Assembly (NCBI RefSeq): GCF_001194135.2
Contig: NC_068995.1
Location: 33,500,170-33,564,169 of the forward strand
DNA: 64,000 nucleotides
Origin: Octopus bimaculoides
Lineage: Eukaryota
Reading direction: 5' to 3'
Positions 37,852 to 50,768 of this stretch are shown here, piece after piece. The first letter of the stretch is position 1; every line of letters starts with the position of its first letter. The notes beneath the pieces were generated by a model that worked only from the letters and a program-made list of their open reading frames with translations, had not been told where the DNA came from and did no database searches. A program made the position numbers and the translations under genes.

Positions 37852-38015
37852 GGCGCAGGAGTGGCTGTGTGGTAAGTAGCTTGCTTACCAACCACATGGT
37901 TCCAGGTTCAGTCCCACTGCGTGGCACCTTGGGCAAGTGTCTACTACTATAGCCTCTGGCCGACCAAAGCCTTGTGAGTGGATTTGGTAGACGGAAACTG
38001 AAAGAAGCCCGTCGT
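37852..38015 (+). mobile_element. SINE family C head, followed by (TA)n microsatellite and gap
   Basis: tRNA-like head (ggttcagtccc) with CORE-like gtggcaccttgggcaagtgtct. Confidence 0.75.
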
Positions 38016-38191
38016 ATATATGTATATATATATGTGTATATATGTATATAAATATGTATATATNNNNNNNNNNNNNNNNNNNNNNNNNNNNNNNNNNNNN
38101 NNNNNNNNNNNNNNNNNNNNNNNNNNNNNNNNNNNNNNNNNNNNNNNNNNNNNNNNNNNNNNNNNNNNNNNNNNNNNNNNNNNNNNNNNNN

Positions 38192-38238
<47 letters not shown>

Positions 38239-38609
38239 ATATATGTTTATATATTATATTTGTGTATTTATATTTCTGGCCATCTTCACTGATCTCTATT
38301 CTTGATATTATCTGTTTTCTTCACAATTCTTCAATCCTCTGTATTGCTACTTTCACCACCACTCATTACTGATCTCAGTTTTCAGGGAGGTCTCTCTACC
38401 ATTTATTTTCCATTCCTTCTCCTTCCCATCTTGTTATAATATTCACTTAACCTCCCACCTCACTTCAGTCCACCTGTCCTTCCATTTCTTTATCCTCTAC
38501 TATTCACTTCTCACAAGATCTCCAACATCACTTTGATTTTACACTCACAAGACCTGTTCTCCATGGCAGAAGTGTTAAAGCCGCATTCCCTAGTGAAGAG
38601 GATTGGCCT

Positions 38610-38830
38610 GCAAGAGTCTTGTGCCAGTGTCACATAAAGGCGCTCGTGCTAGTGGCACATTAAAAGTACCCAGCACACACTGTAAAGTGGTTGGTATTAG
38701 GAAGGGCATCCAGCCATAGAAACCAAACTAAAGCAAACTGGAACCTGGTGCAGCTTTCCAGTTCTGGTCAAACTGTCCAACTCATGCCAGCATGGAAATT
38801 AGACAGTAAAGGATGATGATGATGATGATG
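38610..38830 (+). mobile_element. SINE/RTE-type 3' end with (GAT)n tail
   Basis: gtggttggtattaggaagggcatccagc...catgccagcatgga...gatgatgat. Confidence 0.75.
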
Positions 38831-38855
38831 GTGAATCTTTGCAACAAAGGCAATA

Positions 38856-38906
<51 letters not shown>

Positions 38907-40551
38907 TCTCTCTCTCTCAGTATAAGTGGTCAAGACAGATTCTTTTACTGCTGTCAAATCACTGAGCCTTTCTAGGAATGCTTTTTCCCTTTGTTTTTTT
39001 TATTGGAAGAAATGATTCTTTATCCATTTAACCTACTTTCATAGCTTGAATTTCAAAGGTTGGTCATCACATTGTCTAAAATTGACATGTTTAAGTATTA
39101 TATCACTCACCTTCATTGTTTCAATGATATTGCCTATCCAATTGTTTATTATAAATATACATATACCACCAGCAGTATAATCATCTTTATCCTAGAAGAG
39201 CTTGTACTTTTGTTCTTTGGCTGTGAAGTGTCTGGTTGATGCAATTCTCCACTCAACCCCGCATACTTGCTCCCCATGGAACATTGAGTGATAACAGATC
39301 TCACCCAGCATGGTCATAAGCTCTGTTGTGAACCTGTTCCCAAGGCAGGCCGACATCTGCCAGATTCTCTTTGAGAGTCCCCAGCCAAGTCTTGATAGGT
39401 TTGCTGTCTTTTATGGCCACTACTGTACAATTATTACTATTCTGCTGCTCTCCATGCCTCCTTTTTCTGCATGGTCAATCATTTTCTTTCTCCCCCAACT
39501 CATGTATCATGAGTCAATCCACCATCTACTACATCACCCCTCAACCCTACCCATTTTCTACAGTTGTCACCTACTCTTCTCTCCCTTCGTTACTTATCAT
39601 CCCTCAACACTACCTGTTCCTCATTGTATTCACTCTATCTCAATCTCTACTATCCACCTACACTTTCTGTTCTCCTGCTCTGCTCATTTCTCCTCACCTC
39701 TTACCTAGAAGGATCATCCTGACTCTTCATTACCACTGGTCTATCTCTTTCCAGCTCCACCCCAATCACTCCCACCCTCTTTTCTAACATGTGAGTAGCC
39801 ATGTAGCTTCTCCACAGCAAGAAATCTGTTCTATTTGAACCCCTTCTCACTTACTTTAACTTCTCATCTAGCATAAAGCCACCTCCTTTCCTACTGTAGC
39901 CCCACTTGGTAAAAGGGACTTAGTCATGCAAGCTTGTTATGGTGGTAAGGAAAATGATATTGTTTACAAAAGGAAATCAGAATAGATGAAATAGATTTTA
40001 AATATTTTTCTATGTTGTTAATAAACCTATTTTGTTTATTTACTTTTAAAATAATTGCTTTCAGATTTCAACAGTATTTTAATTCAATTGCTTTACAAAT
40101 CTGTAATGTATGTATTTGTTTTGCTAAATCAACAGTTGTAAAACTTGTTTTTTACTCTCCCTGTGTCTTCTTTAATCACATTGATTATAACCATATCTAA
40201 TTGCATTAAATATTTTATGTCAATAGCTAGAAAAGGTAAATAAATAATTGATAGACATGGGAAAGTTATGGTTTTTTTTCTTTAAAATTCAATAATAATG
40301 TTTCTTTTCCATTCATTTTTGCTACTACTTATTTTGTTAATCATGGGTAGGAATTGATTTTAGTGGTAAGAGGCATGAAATACTGTAAAATATATAATGA
40401 TGTGTTCCCCGCTCTCTCATTAACAAGTTTTCCCGGATTGAAATGAATATATTGTATTGAGAACATTCTAATGTATAAACTTCCAGTTGATAATTATTGT
40501 CATTTAGCCCCAGATCTGTACTGAGCATAGCTAAGAAAGAAAAATGTTTCA

Positions 40552-41155
40552 TTTAATCCATCCATATCTGGCCCTACTTTTGTTTATGTTCAAACAGGCC
40601 AGATCTGGTATCTCACACCTACTCAACAATTGTTGTTGGCACTCTGTCGCTTACGACGTTGAGGGTTCCAGTTGATCCGATCAACGGAACAGCCTGCTGG
40701 TGAAATTAATGTGCAAGTGGCTGAGCACTCCACAGATACGTGTACCCTTAACGTAGTTCTTGGGGATATTCAGCATGACACAGTGTGACAAGGCTGACCC
40801 TTTGAATTACAGGCACAACAGAAACAGGAAGTAAGAGTGAGAGAAAGTTGTGGTGAAAGAGTACAGCAGGGTTCGCCACCATCCCCTGCCGGAGCCTTGT
40901 GGAGCTTTAGGTGTTTTCACTCAATAAACACTCACAACGCCTGGTTTGGGAATCGAAACCGCGATCCTATGACCGCGAGTCCGCTGCCCTAACCACTGGG
41001 CCATTGCGCCTCCACTCTACTCAACAATGACATTCTGAAAATAAACAGTCATATCATTGACATCTTGAAGCTGTGAGATAATGCATGTTTAATTCAAAAC
41101 AATATAAATGAGTAAACGTTATATTTGGAAGAGTAACTTGAATGCTAAAGGTTAA
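40552..41155. mobile_element. piggyBac-type MITE carrying a nested SINE
   Basis: Reverse complement of 53012-53226 once 40631-41028 is removed. Right end gctaaaggTTAA. Confidence 0.8.
40631..41016 (-). mobile_element. tRNA-derived SINE, family A copy 3
   Basis: Reverse complement of copies 1 and 2. 12-bp TSD ctactcaacaat at 40619-40630 and 41017-41028. Confidence 0.92.
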
Positions 41156-41768
41156 ACTTTAAGATTTATAGTACATTTCATAGAGAATAACATAAGGCTT
41201 TCCAATTATGACCATCTCTTCTTTTATTTACACATTATCCTATCTTATTTCACCTGTTTGTTTTTAAATTAGAGAGTTCACCCACCACTATTTTATGTCT
41301 TTCTAGCTCCACTCCAGGCATTCCCATCCTCTCATCTATAATATGAGTAGCTATGTAATTCCTCTGCAGCAAGAAACCTGTGCTGGTGCATTGTCTCGTT
41401 TTAACTCATCTCCTTTCACAAAGCCACCTCCCTCCCTACTGCAGCCCCACTCTTATCAGTTGTGAAATATCAGACATGCTGTAATATTCTCTCAATCAGG
41501 CTTTATAAATTCTATCCGGTTCAGCCTGTCTCTGTGTAGGTGTCAGTAATAAAAAGGAATCAGCTGTGAAATAACTCATTCCAAAAATTTGTGAATTATT
41601 TTAAAATTTAATCAAAACACATGGGCAGTATTTTGTTAGAAATATGGTCCAAAATGAGTTAAATCAATAAATATAATTATGAATGAAAAATATTCTCTTT
41701 CTTCTTTATTAGTTATTCTCATTTATTCAGTAACAATATTAATCAGCAAACAAGTGATTATCCTTTAT

Positions 41769-41804
41769 CTTAAACTCCGCCTTAAACTCCGCCTTAAACT
41801 CCGC
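41769..41804. repeat. Perfect 12-bp tandem repeat x3 (cttaaactccgc)
   Basis: Direct reading of the sequence. Confidence 0.9.
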
Positions 41805-42549
41805 CTGCTTACACTATTTTCTGTGAAATAAGGTTTAGGGATAGGTTCATATCTTACTCAATACAATCCTTATAAGGAATGTACTGACAAATATACATAC
41901 ATACATACATATATATACATGCACGCACACACACGCATACACACGCACATATATATATTTGATAACCATCTGCAAACTCTTAGAAGCATGCAGCACAGTC
42001 TTTCTCTCACCAGTGTCCTAAGTTTGGTGGTAAGAAAAAAAACTTTCTTATTTCTCTGCTTATTTTCCTATAAGAAATTAAACTATTTAATACATGTTTT
42101 GAAGAAATGTCATGTAATGTCAGATATTTTAAAATAATTTTTTCTCTATTAGATTTAGTTCTGAAATTTTTAATTGGGACAATATGATGTTACAGGATAT
42201 TTTAAAATTTAAAACCATGGAGTTGTAACTAACATTTTGATGTGTTTTATTTTTACATGCTTAATTGTTTAAACTCTGGCCTTCTTGTGTCTACCATTGC
42301 ATCAACTTGTCATTACAGCCACTTAAATTAATCATCTCTGTCTCTTACATTTGCTATATCACTTTTAACTCAACATATTTTGATAATCAATCATGCAGAT
42401 CTTTAGAACTATCTGTCTTCTCTGCTTGTTTTTGGATTTGAAAACTGATAAACCAGCAACTAACTTTTAATGGGTTAATTTGATACTTCCCAATCAGGTA
42501 GTAGCTATTTCAATCCAAATATAACTTTACTATTTACATTTATCTAGAG

Positions 42550-42866
42550 TAGTGGTTCTCAACCATTTTTTATCTATGGGCTCCTTCAATTACTATTCTA
42601 TTCTGGTGAACACCATAGTCATTCGATGTTTAAAAACTAGTCTTATAGATACTACTTTCAAAATTCCTATTTTGTCTATCATACATTCACTTGTGAAGTT
42701 TGAACTTTGTAAAAATGTCAAAGAAAGTTAGCTGTTTCTTGCAATAAATGCATCTAAGGCAAAATTTTTTCATGGACTCCTAAGATATTACTGTGGATCC
42801 CCAATTTACTATTTTGCTTGTGTGAACTCCTAAAAACATTATATGGACTCCAGTTGAGAACCACTG
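42550..42866. mobile_element. hAT (Charlie-like) MITE
   Basis: TIR tagtggttctcaac / gttgagaaccactg. Perfect 8-bp TSD atctagag at 42542-42549 and 42867-42874, matching the NTCTAGAN target type. Confidence 0.9.
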
Positions 42867-43789
42867 ATCTAGAGTAACAAGTAGGCTCTTAACTTCTATA
42901 ATTTGTATGCATAATAATGTTTCTGTTCCATTCATTTTTGCTGCTACTTATTTTGTTAATTGTGATAGGAACTGATCTTAAAGGGAAGAGGCACCAGATA
43001 CCATAAAATAGATAATGAAGCCCCCCCCCCTTCGTTAAATTTTCCCAGATTGAAATGAATATATTGTATTGAGAAAATGTTGATGTCATATAGAATTTCA
43101 GTTGATAGCTATTGTCATCTAACCTCAGATCTGCACTGAACTCAGATGAGAAACAAAAATACTTCAATTAAACTTCAAGATTTGATTTATACCATATTTT
43201 ATGAGGAACATCGCAAAGTTTTCCAATCATGAACAATCTCATCTTTTATTCAGACATTATTCATGTTTATCCTGCCTTTTTTAAAAAAAAATTGCAAGGT
43301 GTGATTTGAAGGAGACTGAAACCCAGTCATTAGCTCATATTGGCTTCTTTGATAGCTTGTTATTTTTGAAGGGTTTACTATACAATAATGGTGAATTGTA
43401 TTTAAAATCTGCTTATATTAACATGTATAACTAAAGTATAATTAAAAGTTAGAGGTGAGAAGTATTGCTATTTTTCAATAAAAACTCTGTCTGATTATTT
43501 TTTTCTTGACATCCTTAGATAATTACAATCATTATTGTTGTTGCAATTACAAACTGGTTAAGGATACAGTTTTTGATTATCTCTGGCTATTAGTTTGGCT
43601 TTTCTCTTGCTCATCTTCAACTTTGTTGTTATTTTTATGGGGTTTTTTTTTTTTTCACAATTTTTGTAAGCTTTAAAAAGTGTTTTTTTTCTTTCTTTGA
43701 TCTATATTGACAAATTCCTGAATGCATATATTGGTGTCATCTCATAAATAATGCGATTGTTTCAATTGCATGAACTAAAAGTCTGAGGG

Positions 43790-44760
43790 GGGGATAAACT
43801 ACCTGCATCAACTTGCTATATAAGCAGGTAGCAATTTTGCCTTATTCTTAGTGCAAGTTTTGAAGAGTGCAATTCAATTTTAACAGTTATTTTTTCAAAG
43901 CTAACAAAGGACAAAGGAGCATATTTGGTATATTCAATAAAGACAACAACACAACAGAAAGTGCAAGGGATATTAATGCAGTATATGGGGATTGGACAGT
44001 AAGCATAGGCCAGTGTTAGTAGTGGTTCTAGAAATTTTGAGCCGGAAACTACAGCCTAGAAGATGAGCCTCGTCCTGGAAGATCTGTAGAGCTCGATGAG
44101 GATGTCCTGTAAACCCTGGTCAAACAAAATCCCATCATAACTGTTGATGAACTAGCATGGAAGCTTGGATTTGGTCATTCAATCATTCATCGACACCTGT
44201 GTGCCATTGGAAAAGTCAGCAAATTGGGTCAATGGTTTCCTCACAAACTTTCCAAGTTTGCAGAGAGTGAATGTGCTTCTCTTTGCTGTCACGTCTCACA
44301 AACGAACCTTTTTTGGGGCCGAATTGTTACTGGTGACGAGAAATGGGTTCTCTATAGAATTGTCAAGCACTGAATACAGTGGGTACATCTACCCCCACAT
44401 GAGGTGTTGTTATCTGTTTGGTGGGATATGAAAGGTTTAGTCCATTTGAACTTTTAAACCCAAACCAAATTATAAAGGAGATCCACTATGACTAGCTTGA
44501 GTGGCTTAAGTCACTGCTAGAAGAGAAACAACCATCTTTGGTTTCAAGACAAAAGGTGTTATTCTGTCATGATAATGCTTGGCCACATACAATGAGGATG
44601 ACATTCCAAAGGCTGCAGCAGTTTAAATGGGAAACGATGCCTCACCCACTATATTCACCAGACATTGCCCCATCTAATTATCATTTATTCCACAGTCTTT
44701 AAAATCATTTTGACAGAAAAAATATGAATTCTGTAGATGAGGTCAGAATAGTAGATCTTA
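43790..44760 (+). mobile_element. Decayed mariner transposase
   Basis: Relics of SLEDEPRPGRSVELDED, IHRHLCAIGKVSK...W.PH.L, VTGDEKWVLY and HDNAWPH...PHPLYSPDIAPSNYHLF. Confidence 0.85.
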
Positions 44761-47252
44761 ATTTTGAAAAACAAAAGAAGTATAAAAAAAACCCACATTA
44801 TTTATGGGATGACCCAATACTTTGTTCCTTTATGTATGACAACTCAAAATTTAGATAAACAAAATCACTTAAAAATAGGCAAGATCTTTCATTGTAATCA
44901 CTAACTCTGAGTTTAAAGATAGAAATGATTAATGTAGTTGATGTTATGAATATAGTTAAATGGGTAAACTACTATTAGTTGATAAATAAAGTATCTATCA
45001 CTTGGGCACATGGTAGAAGTATTTATAAGTTCATTCATCCTAAATAATTCTCTTTTGGATAATTATAGTAAAAATTAATATTTACCATTTTCTCATAGTA
45101 AAACATTCCATATTACTACATGGTGCCAGGCAGTTTTTCTTAACTCCTCCTAAATATGGTTAACAATATGAAGAGCATTCATATGCTATACACAAAATAC
45201 TATGCATTCTTGACTTCATAGTTAACTACTTGAAGTGATGTCAAAGCTTCCACGAAAATTAATCTAGTTAAATAGTACTTGCTTAACTCTTTTGATATTA
45301 ACCTGCCTGAAACTGCCCCTGGTTCTATGATACAACCTTTCTAATTTAAAGTAATTTAAAGTAAAACCTTCCATCAAAATTCCATGTTAATTTATGTTCC
45401 AAACACTAGCTTAATGTTGACAAAGTTATTTCAATAAATCCTTCATAATTTTCAGAATGAATTGAAATAAAGATAGTGTATTGCTACAGAAATACGGTAA
45501 CAAAAAGATGAAGATAGCTGAATTTTGATGCAACTATTAATAGTCTAATTCTACTATAAGCCCACACATGTGCAAACACGTGAAACTAAAGGAGATCAAG
45601 CTTGTTATAGTGGTAGGATGATTATGATTTCAATAAACTGTCACTGAAAGGGAAAATGATATTGTTTACAAAAGGAAAAGGAAAAGGAAAGAGAAATGAA
45701 ATATACTGAAATTTGGTCAAACAAATTAAGAAAGCCCCAATATTATGATGTATCTGTATTAACCTACTATTACTACAAGTGCACACATGCACGCACACAC
45801 ACACACACACACGCACGCGCGCGCGAGATCAAACTTGTTATAGCCTTACTTGAAAGGGTAAATGATATTGCTTATAAAAGGAAATCAGAATAGCTGAAAT
45901 AAATGTTTAGCATTTTTTTATGCTTACATTAAACTTATTTTATTTGCTTTTAGAGCAATTACTTTCATATTTCAAAGTATCGTAATTTAATTGCTTTACA
46001 ATACTATAGTGTCTATATTTGTTTTGTCAAAAGAGCAGTTGTAAAAACTTTTTTCTTTCCCTGTTTTTCATAATCACACTGATTATTACCATATTTAATG
46101 CACCAAATATTTTATGTCAATAGCTAAAAAAGGAAAGCAAATGGCTGGCGTATTTTAAATGATAGACAAAACACAATGCTGTTTATTAAGAATTTTAGAG
46201 CATATTATATTTTACATAGATCTACTTAATTCTTTATGATATTTGAATTGAGTCAATTCTAAAAAGTTTTCTAAGGAACTCAAAGTTAAGTGGCTTAAAA
46301 TTCTCAAAAATTAAGAATTGCTTTGTTGATTTTTATTTTTTCTTCTCTGCCTCTTTCTCCTCCTTTCTCCCTCTCTCTCCTCCTCCTTCTTCTCCGTCAA
46401 TCTTTCAGGCTCTAAATGAACATGGCTGCTGTTGGAGAAAAGGTGTGAGAGAACAAAACAGATAAAGAAAAAAAGGAAGAAATGAGAAAAAGAAAAGCTT
46501 GGAGGGAAAGGAAATAAGATTTGTGTTGTTTTGACCGGTTACAATGGGAATTAACAATGGTTTGTGAAGGTTAATTTGATGGGGAAAAGGTTAAAGTTTG
46601 TTAAGCATGGCTTAATCCAGAGTGGGTGATGTTCTCTAGTTCAATAGTAGAAACTTGGCAAGTTGTTTGCATTTTGTGAAACATTCCAATCTCAAGTTCA
46701 AATCAGTGAAATTCTTAGATTTAAAACGGATAAATCTAAGAACTCCTCTAAATTACTAGACTCAAGACTAGAGCTTTTCACAAAATGCAAACATCTTACC
46801 AAGTTTCTACTTTTGAACTAGAGAAGACCACGTGTCTGTATTAGGTATATAGCCTTACAAACTGTAACTCTTCCTCATCAAATTAACCTTCACGAACCAT
46901 TGCTAATTCTCATTTTAACAGGCCAAAGGGACACCAGTCTTATTTCCCTTACTTCCAACCAAGCTTTGCTTTTATTTGTTTTTTTCTTAAAGTTTTTAGA
47001 GAGCAGCCATGTTTATCTTGAGCCTGAAAGGTTGCTGGATAGTACATGGCATGCTTGACAAGCTTGTATGATTACTGTTCTATCAGAGCATGAAACTTAC
47101 AGTTGTTCATATTTAAATTCTGTGTTTATTCAATATTTATTTTTCACTGAATGGAGTACTTTTTCTGTTGATCCTATTTGTAATAAAACAGTACTCTCCC
47201 CCCCTCTCTCTCTCTTTCTCTCTCTCTACATATATATATATATGTGTGTGTG

Positions 47253-47303
<51 letters not shown>

Positions 47304-47304
47304 A

Positions 47305-47730
47305 TAGATCACCATCCGAGCGTGATCGTTGCCAGAGCAGCTGACTGGCTTCCATGCCGGTGGCACGTAAATAGCACCATTTGAGCATGATCGTTACCAG
47401 CGTCACCTTACTGGTACATGTGCTGGTGACATGTGAAAAATATTCGCGCGAGGTTGTTGCCAGTGCCGCTAAACTGGCTCTTGTGCAAGTGGCACATAGA
47501 CAACACCATTTGAGCGTGCCGTTGCCAGTACCGTCTGACTGGCCCTCGTGCCAGTGGCACGTAAAAGCACCCACAACACTCTCAGAGTGGTTGGCATTAG
47601 GAAGGGCATCCAGCTCTAGAAACTATGCCAGATCAGATTGGAGCCTGGTGCAGCCATCTGGTTCGCCAGTCCTCAGTCAAATTGTCTAACCCATGCCAGC
47701 ATAGAAAGCGTACGTTAAACAATGATGATG
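47305..47730 (+). mobile_element. SINE/RTE-type 3' end after (TA)n microsatellite
   Basis: Reverse complement of 15752-16150. Confidence 0.85.
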
Positions 47731-47766
47731 ATATACATGCATATGCTCATATATCATTTATATTAT

Positions 47767-47817
<51 letters not shown>

Positions 47818-49499
47818 CCACTCCTCTACAACTCTTCAGCCTTATCTAATCTACTTACAATTCTATCAGTTCCTAACAAATCTCCATTTCTAATGTTGAG
47901 GATTTTTACTGAATACTTCTATTAGAAACTGAAGCAATTTTCTCGTTTAAATGGTAACATTACATATTACATTTTGATTCTGTAAAAGTTCTTTTCTCAT
48001 TTCTTGAGTAAAAACATCTGTTTCAATCCGTATTGTTTTTTTATTGCATTCGGGGAGAGAGTCATTAGATCCTTGTTTATTGAACCTGTTTAATCCTTGT
48101 ATATTGCTGTGTTGTCCCCAAATGCTACTACTGTAATGTTGATGCTTCTTCTTCTTAGAAAGCATTACCTAATCATCATCTCTAGTATAATTCTGGCTGT
48201 AAAAATGGAGCAATGTCATTATATATTGCATTTGTTGATGAAAATGTTCTTAGTAGATTAATGTTGATTTCAAATTTTGGCACAAGGCCAGCAGTTTTGA
48301 GAGAGGGGACAAGTCGATTACATTGGTCCCAGTTCTCAACTGGTACTTTTTTTTATCACCCCTGAAAGAATGAAAGGCAAAGTCAACCTTTGTAAAATTC
48401 AAACTCAGAAAGTAAAGACAGATAAAATACCACTAAGCATTTAGTTTGGCATGGTAATGATTCTGCCAGCTCACCACCTTAAAAGGAGATGGCTTGTTGG
48501 TTAGTATGGGGCTCCAACCCGCAACATTGCATTATTAGCATAACACTCCAACCAACTGAGTTAACGAGCCACATTTAGTAGATTAATAATGACAATTGGA
48601 AGGAGAAGAATCCTGCTTTTAAGCTTTCTTTGTAATGTAAAAATTCTAAGTGTTGAAGATATTTCAGATTTTTAAGAAGTATTGCATTAAATTTTATGCT
48701 TATATTTTACTTGTTATTTTTCACTGGATACTGAGAAGAGTGAGGTTACTTTCTGTGTCTTTATTCTTTGTATTTTACATCACTTTACTTCCTCTTGCTA
48801 AATTTTTATAACTAGCCTTTCTGGTGATTCCTCTGAAGATGGATTCTATTTCATTCATTTTTGTTTAGCAGCCTCTTATAGCTGACACTTTCATAAAAGC
48901 CTACTTTGAAAGACTTCATAACATCCTCTCAATGTAGCATATAGACATTAGTGAAATCATAGCTATGGCCAGTGTTAGTGACATGTGAAAGGCACCTGTG
49001 CCAGTGATACATAAAAGGCACCTGTGCCAGTGACATGTAAAAGGCACCTATGCTGGTGACACATAATATACATTTGTGCCAGTTACATGCAAACGAGACC
49101 CATGCCAGTGATGCATAAAAGGCACCCATGCTAGTGACATGTGCCAGTGACACATGAAAGGCATCTCTGCCAGTGATATGGACGAGGCATCCAGTACACT
49201 CTGTGGAGTGGTTGGCATTAAGAAGGGCATCCAGCAGCCAAAAACAGACTGGAGCCTGATGTATGTATATATAGATTTATATACAACAGACTTCTTTCAG
49301 TTTTCGTTTACCAAATCCACTCACAAGGCTTTGGTTGGCCAGAGGCTATAGTAGAAGACACTTGAAGGGCCCGTGCTTGTCACTCAAATATCAAATACCA
49401 ATCATGTTATAAAAATGGCATATTTAATGACTTGTAGTAGTACCAATGTTAGCTTCTACATGTCAAAAGTTATGCATTAGAGAGAGAGAGAGAGAGACG

Positions 49500-49870
49500 C
49501 ATCTCAGAAGCATCAAATTGTTGAACTTGGTTATGAAAGTTATGGAAAATGTTATTGCAAAATTGATTAGGAAAAGGATTAACCTTGTTTGGATACAGTT
49601 CAGCTTTGTGACAAGAGGGACTGCCAATGCCATATTTATGGGAAACAACTGCAGAACAAATACTTAACTAGAAGTAAATCTCTCGTCTTATCTCTCATTG
49701 ACCTGGAAAAGGCCTTTGTTTTGTGGTTTGTTAGTAAGGAAAGTAGTAGTAGCTGGATGGCTTGTGAGAGCCCTACAGACCATGTCTAAAGGTGCAGGTA
49801 GCAAAATGGGAGGCACCAAGGAATTCACTAATGAATTTAGTGTGCAGGTAGGGGTCTATTGAGAATAAGC
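49500..49870 (+). mobile_element. RTE LINE reverse-transcriptase remnant
   Basis: IKLLNLVMKVMENVIAKLIR...QFSF..G TANAIF and LQNKYL...LSLIDLEKAF. Confidence 0.75.
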
Positions 49871-50080
49871 ATTCAGCTTTCTCCTTTTTTATTGTGATCT
49901 TCCAGCAAATAAGTAGCAGTCATTAATATCTCCCTCCCATTACTATACCTAAGTAATGAAGAATCGTAGCAAATTTGTTGTATACAATGCACCCATTATT
50001 TAATCTTCTGTGTTGCTAGCCATGACACTCACTCTCCTTCAGGTCTCTCTTTTATTGACATCTATTATACCCTTAGCAGC

Positions 50081-50283
50081 CATTACTGTCTCTCTCCCAT
50101 TACTGTCTCTCTCCCATTACTGTCTCTCTCCCATTACTGTCTCTCTCCCATTACTGTCTCTCTCCCATTACTGTCTCTCTCCCATTACTGTCTCTCTCCC
50201 ATTACTGTCTCTCTCCCATTACTGTCTCTCTCCCATTACTGTCTCTCTCCCATTACTGTCTCTCTCCCATTACTGTCTCTCTC
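50081..50283. repeat. Homogeneous 17-bp minisatellite (cattactgtctctctcc) x12
   Basis: Units start every 17 bp from 50081 to 50268 with no visible variants. The last unit is 1 bp short. Confidence 0.95.
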
Positions 50284-50768
50284 ATTGGTTACTCCTCCCA
50301 CTAGAATGATTAAGGCGGCAAGCTGGCAGAAACGTTAGCATGCCGGGTGAAATGCTTAGCGGTATTTCATCTGTCTTTATGTTCTGAGTTCAAATTCCAC
50401 TGAGGTCAGCTTTGCCTTTCATGTGACAAATAAGATCTTGTAGAGTTAAAGTTTTACTATATGATAACTGACAATTCTTTGGAGTCTTGTTTTCCAAATA
50501 TAGAAAATGCCTCATGCTCAACTAATTGTCCTTCATGGTTACCAATTGTAATGAAGAATGCTCATTTTCAAAACTGGAGAGGATTGAAAATGAACTAAAA
50601 AGCACTATTAATCAAAATAGATTGAACAATCTCTCTGTAATTAGCATCAAACATAAACTTGTGTGGAACACAAGTGTTTTACACTTTTGTCATCAAATTT
50701 GATCATGCTTAGAAAATGTAACTATTAAACTTTACATTGCAAATAAAATATCTATATGTTTTAATATA

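Larger units (their letters stand above)
39775..41290 (+). repeat. Old local duplication, unit 1 (paralogous blocks at ~41335-41450, ~42920-43290, ~45590-46140)
   Basis: Collinear similarity by eye, e.g. ccattcatttttgctactacttattttgttaat / ccattcatttttgctgctacttattttgttaat and aaaggaaatcagaatag...aaatattttatgtcaatagcta in both copies. Confidence 0.8.

Noticed and set aside
40390-40530. Possible C/D-box snoRNA in the duplicated block (atgatg ... ctga; paralogue ~43013-43140)
   Set aside because: The C box is imperfect in both copies, there is no terminal stem and I recognised no rRNA guide. Such motifs are frequent by chance.
48960-49160. Spaced ~30-bp repeats (gtgacatg..aaaggcacc..tgcca) resembling a CRISPR-like array
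   Set aside because: Contiguous degenerate tandem units inside the SINE body, also seen at ~15.9-16.1, ~47.4-47.6 and ~52.0 kb. No unique spacers, no cas genes, eukaryotic context.
50010-50309. ORF with 17-aa periodicity ([17 protein letters not shown])
   Set aside because: Simply three frames of the 17-bp minisatellite; no splice or homology support.
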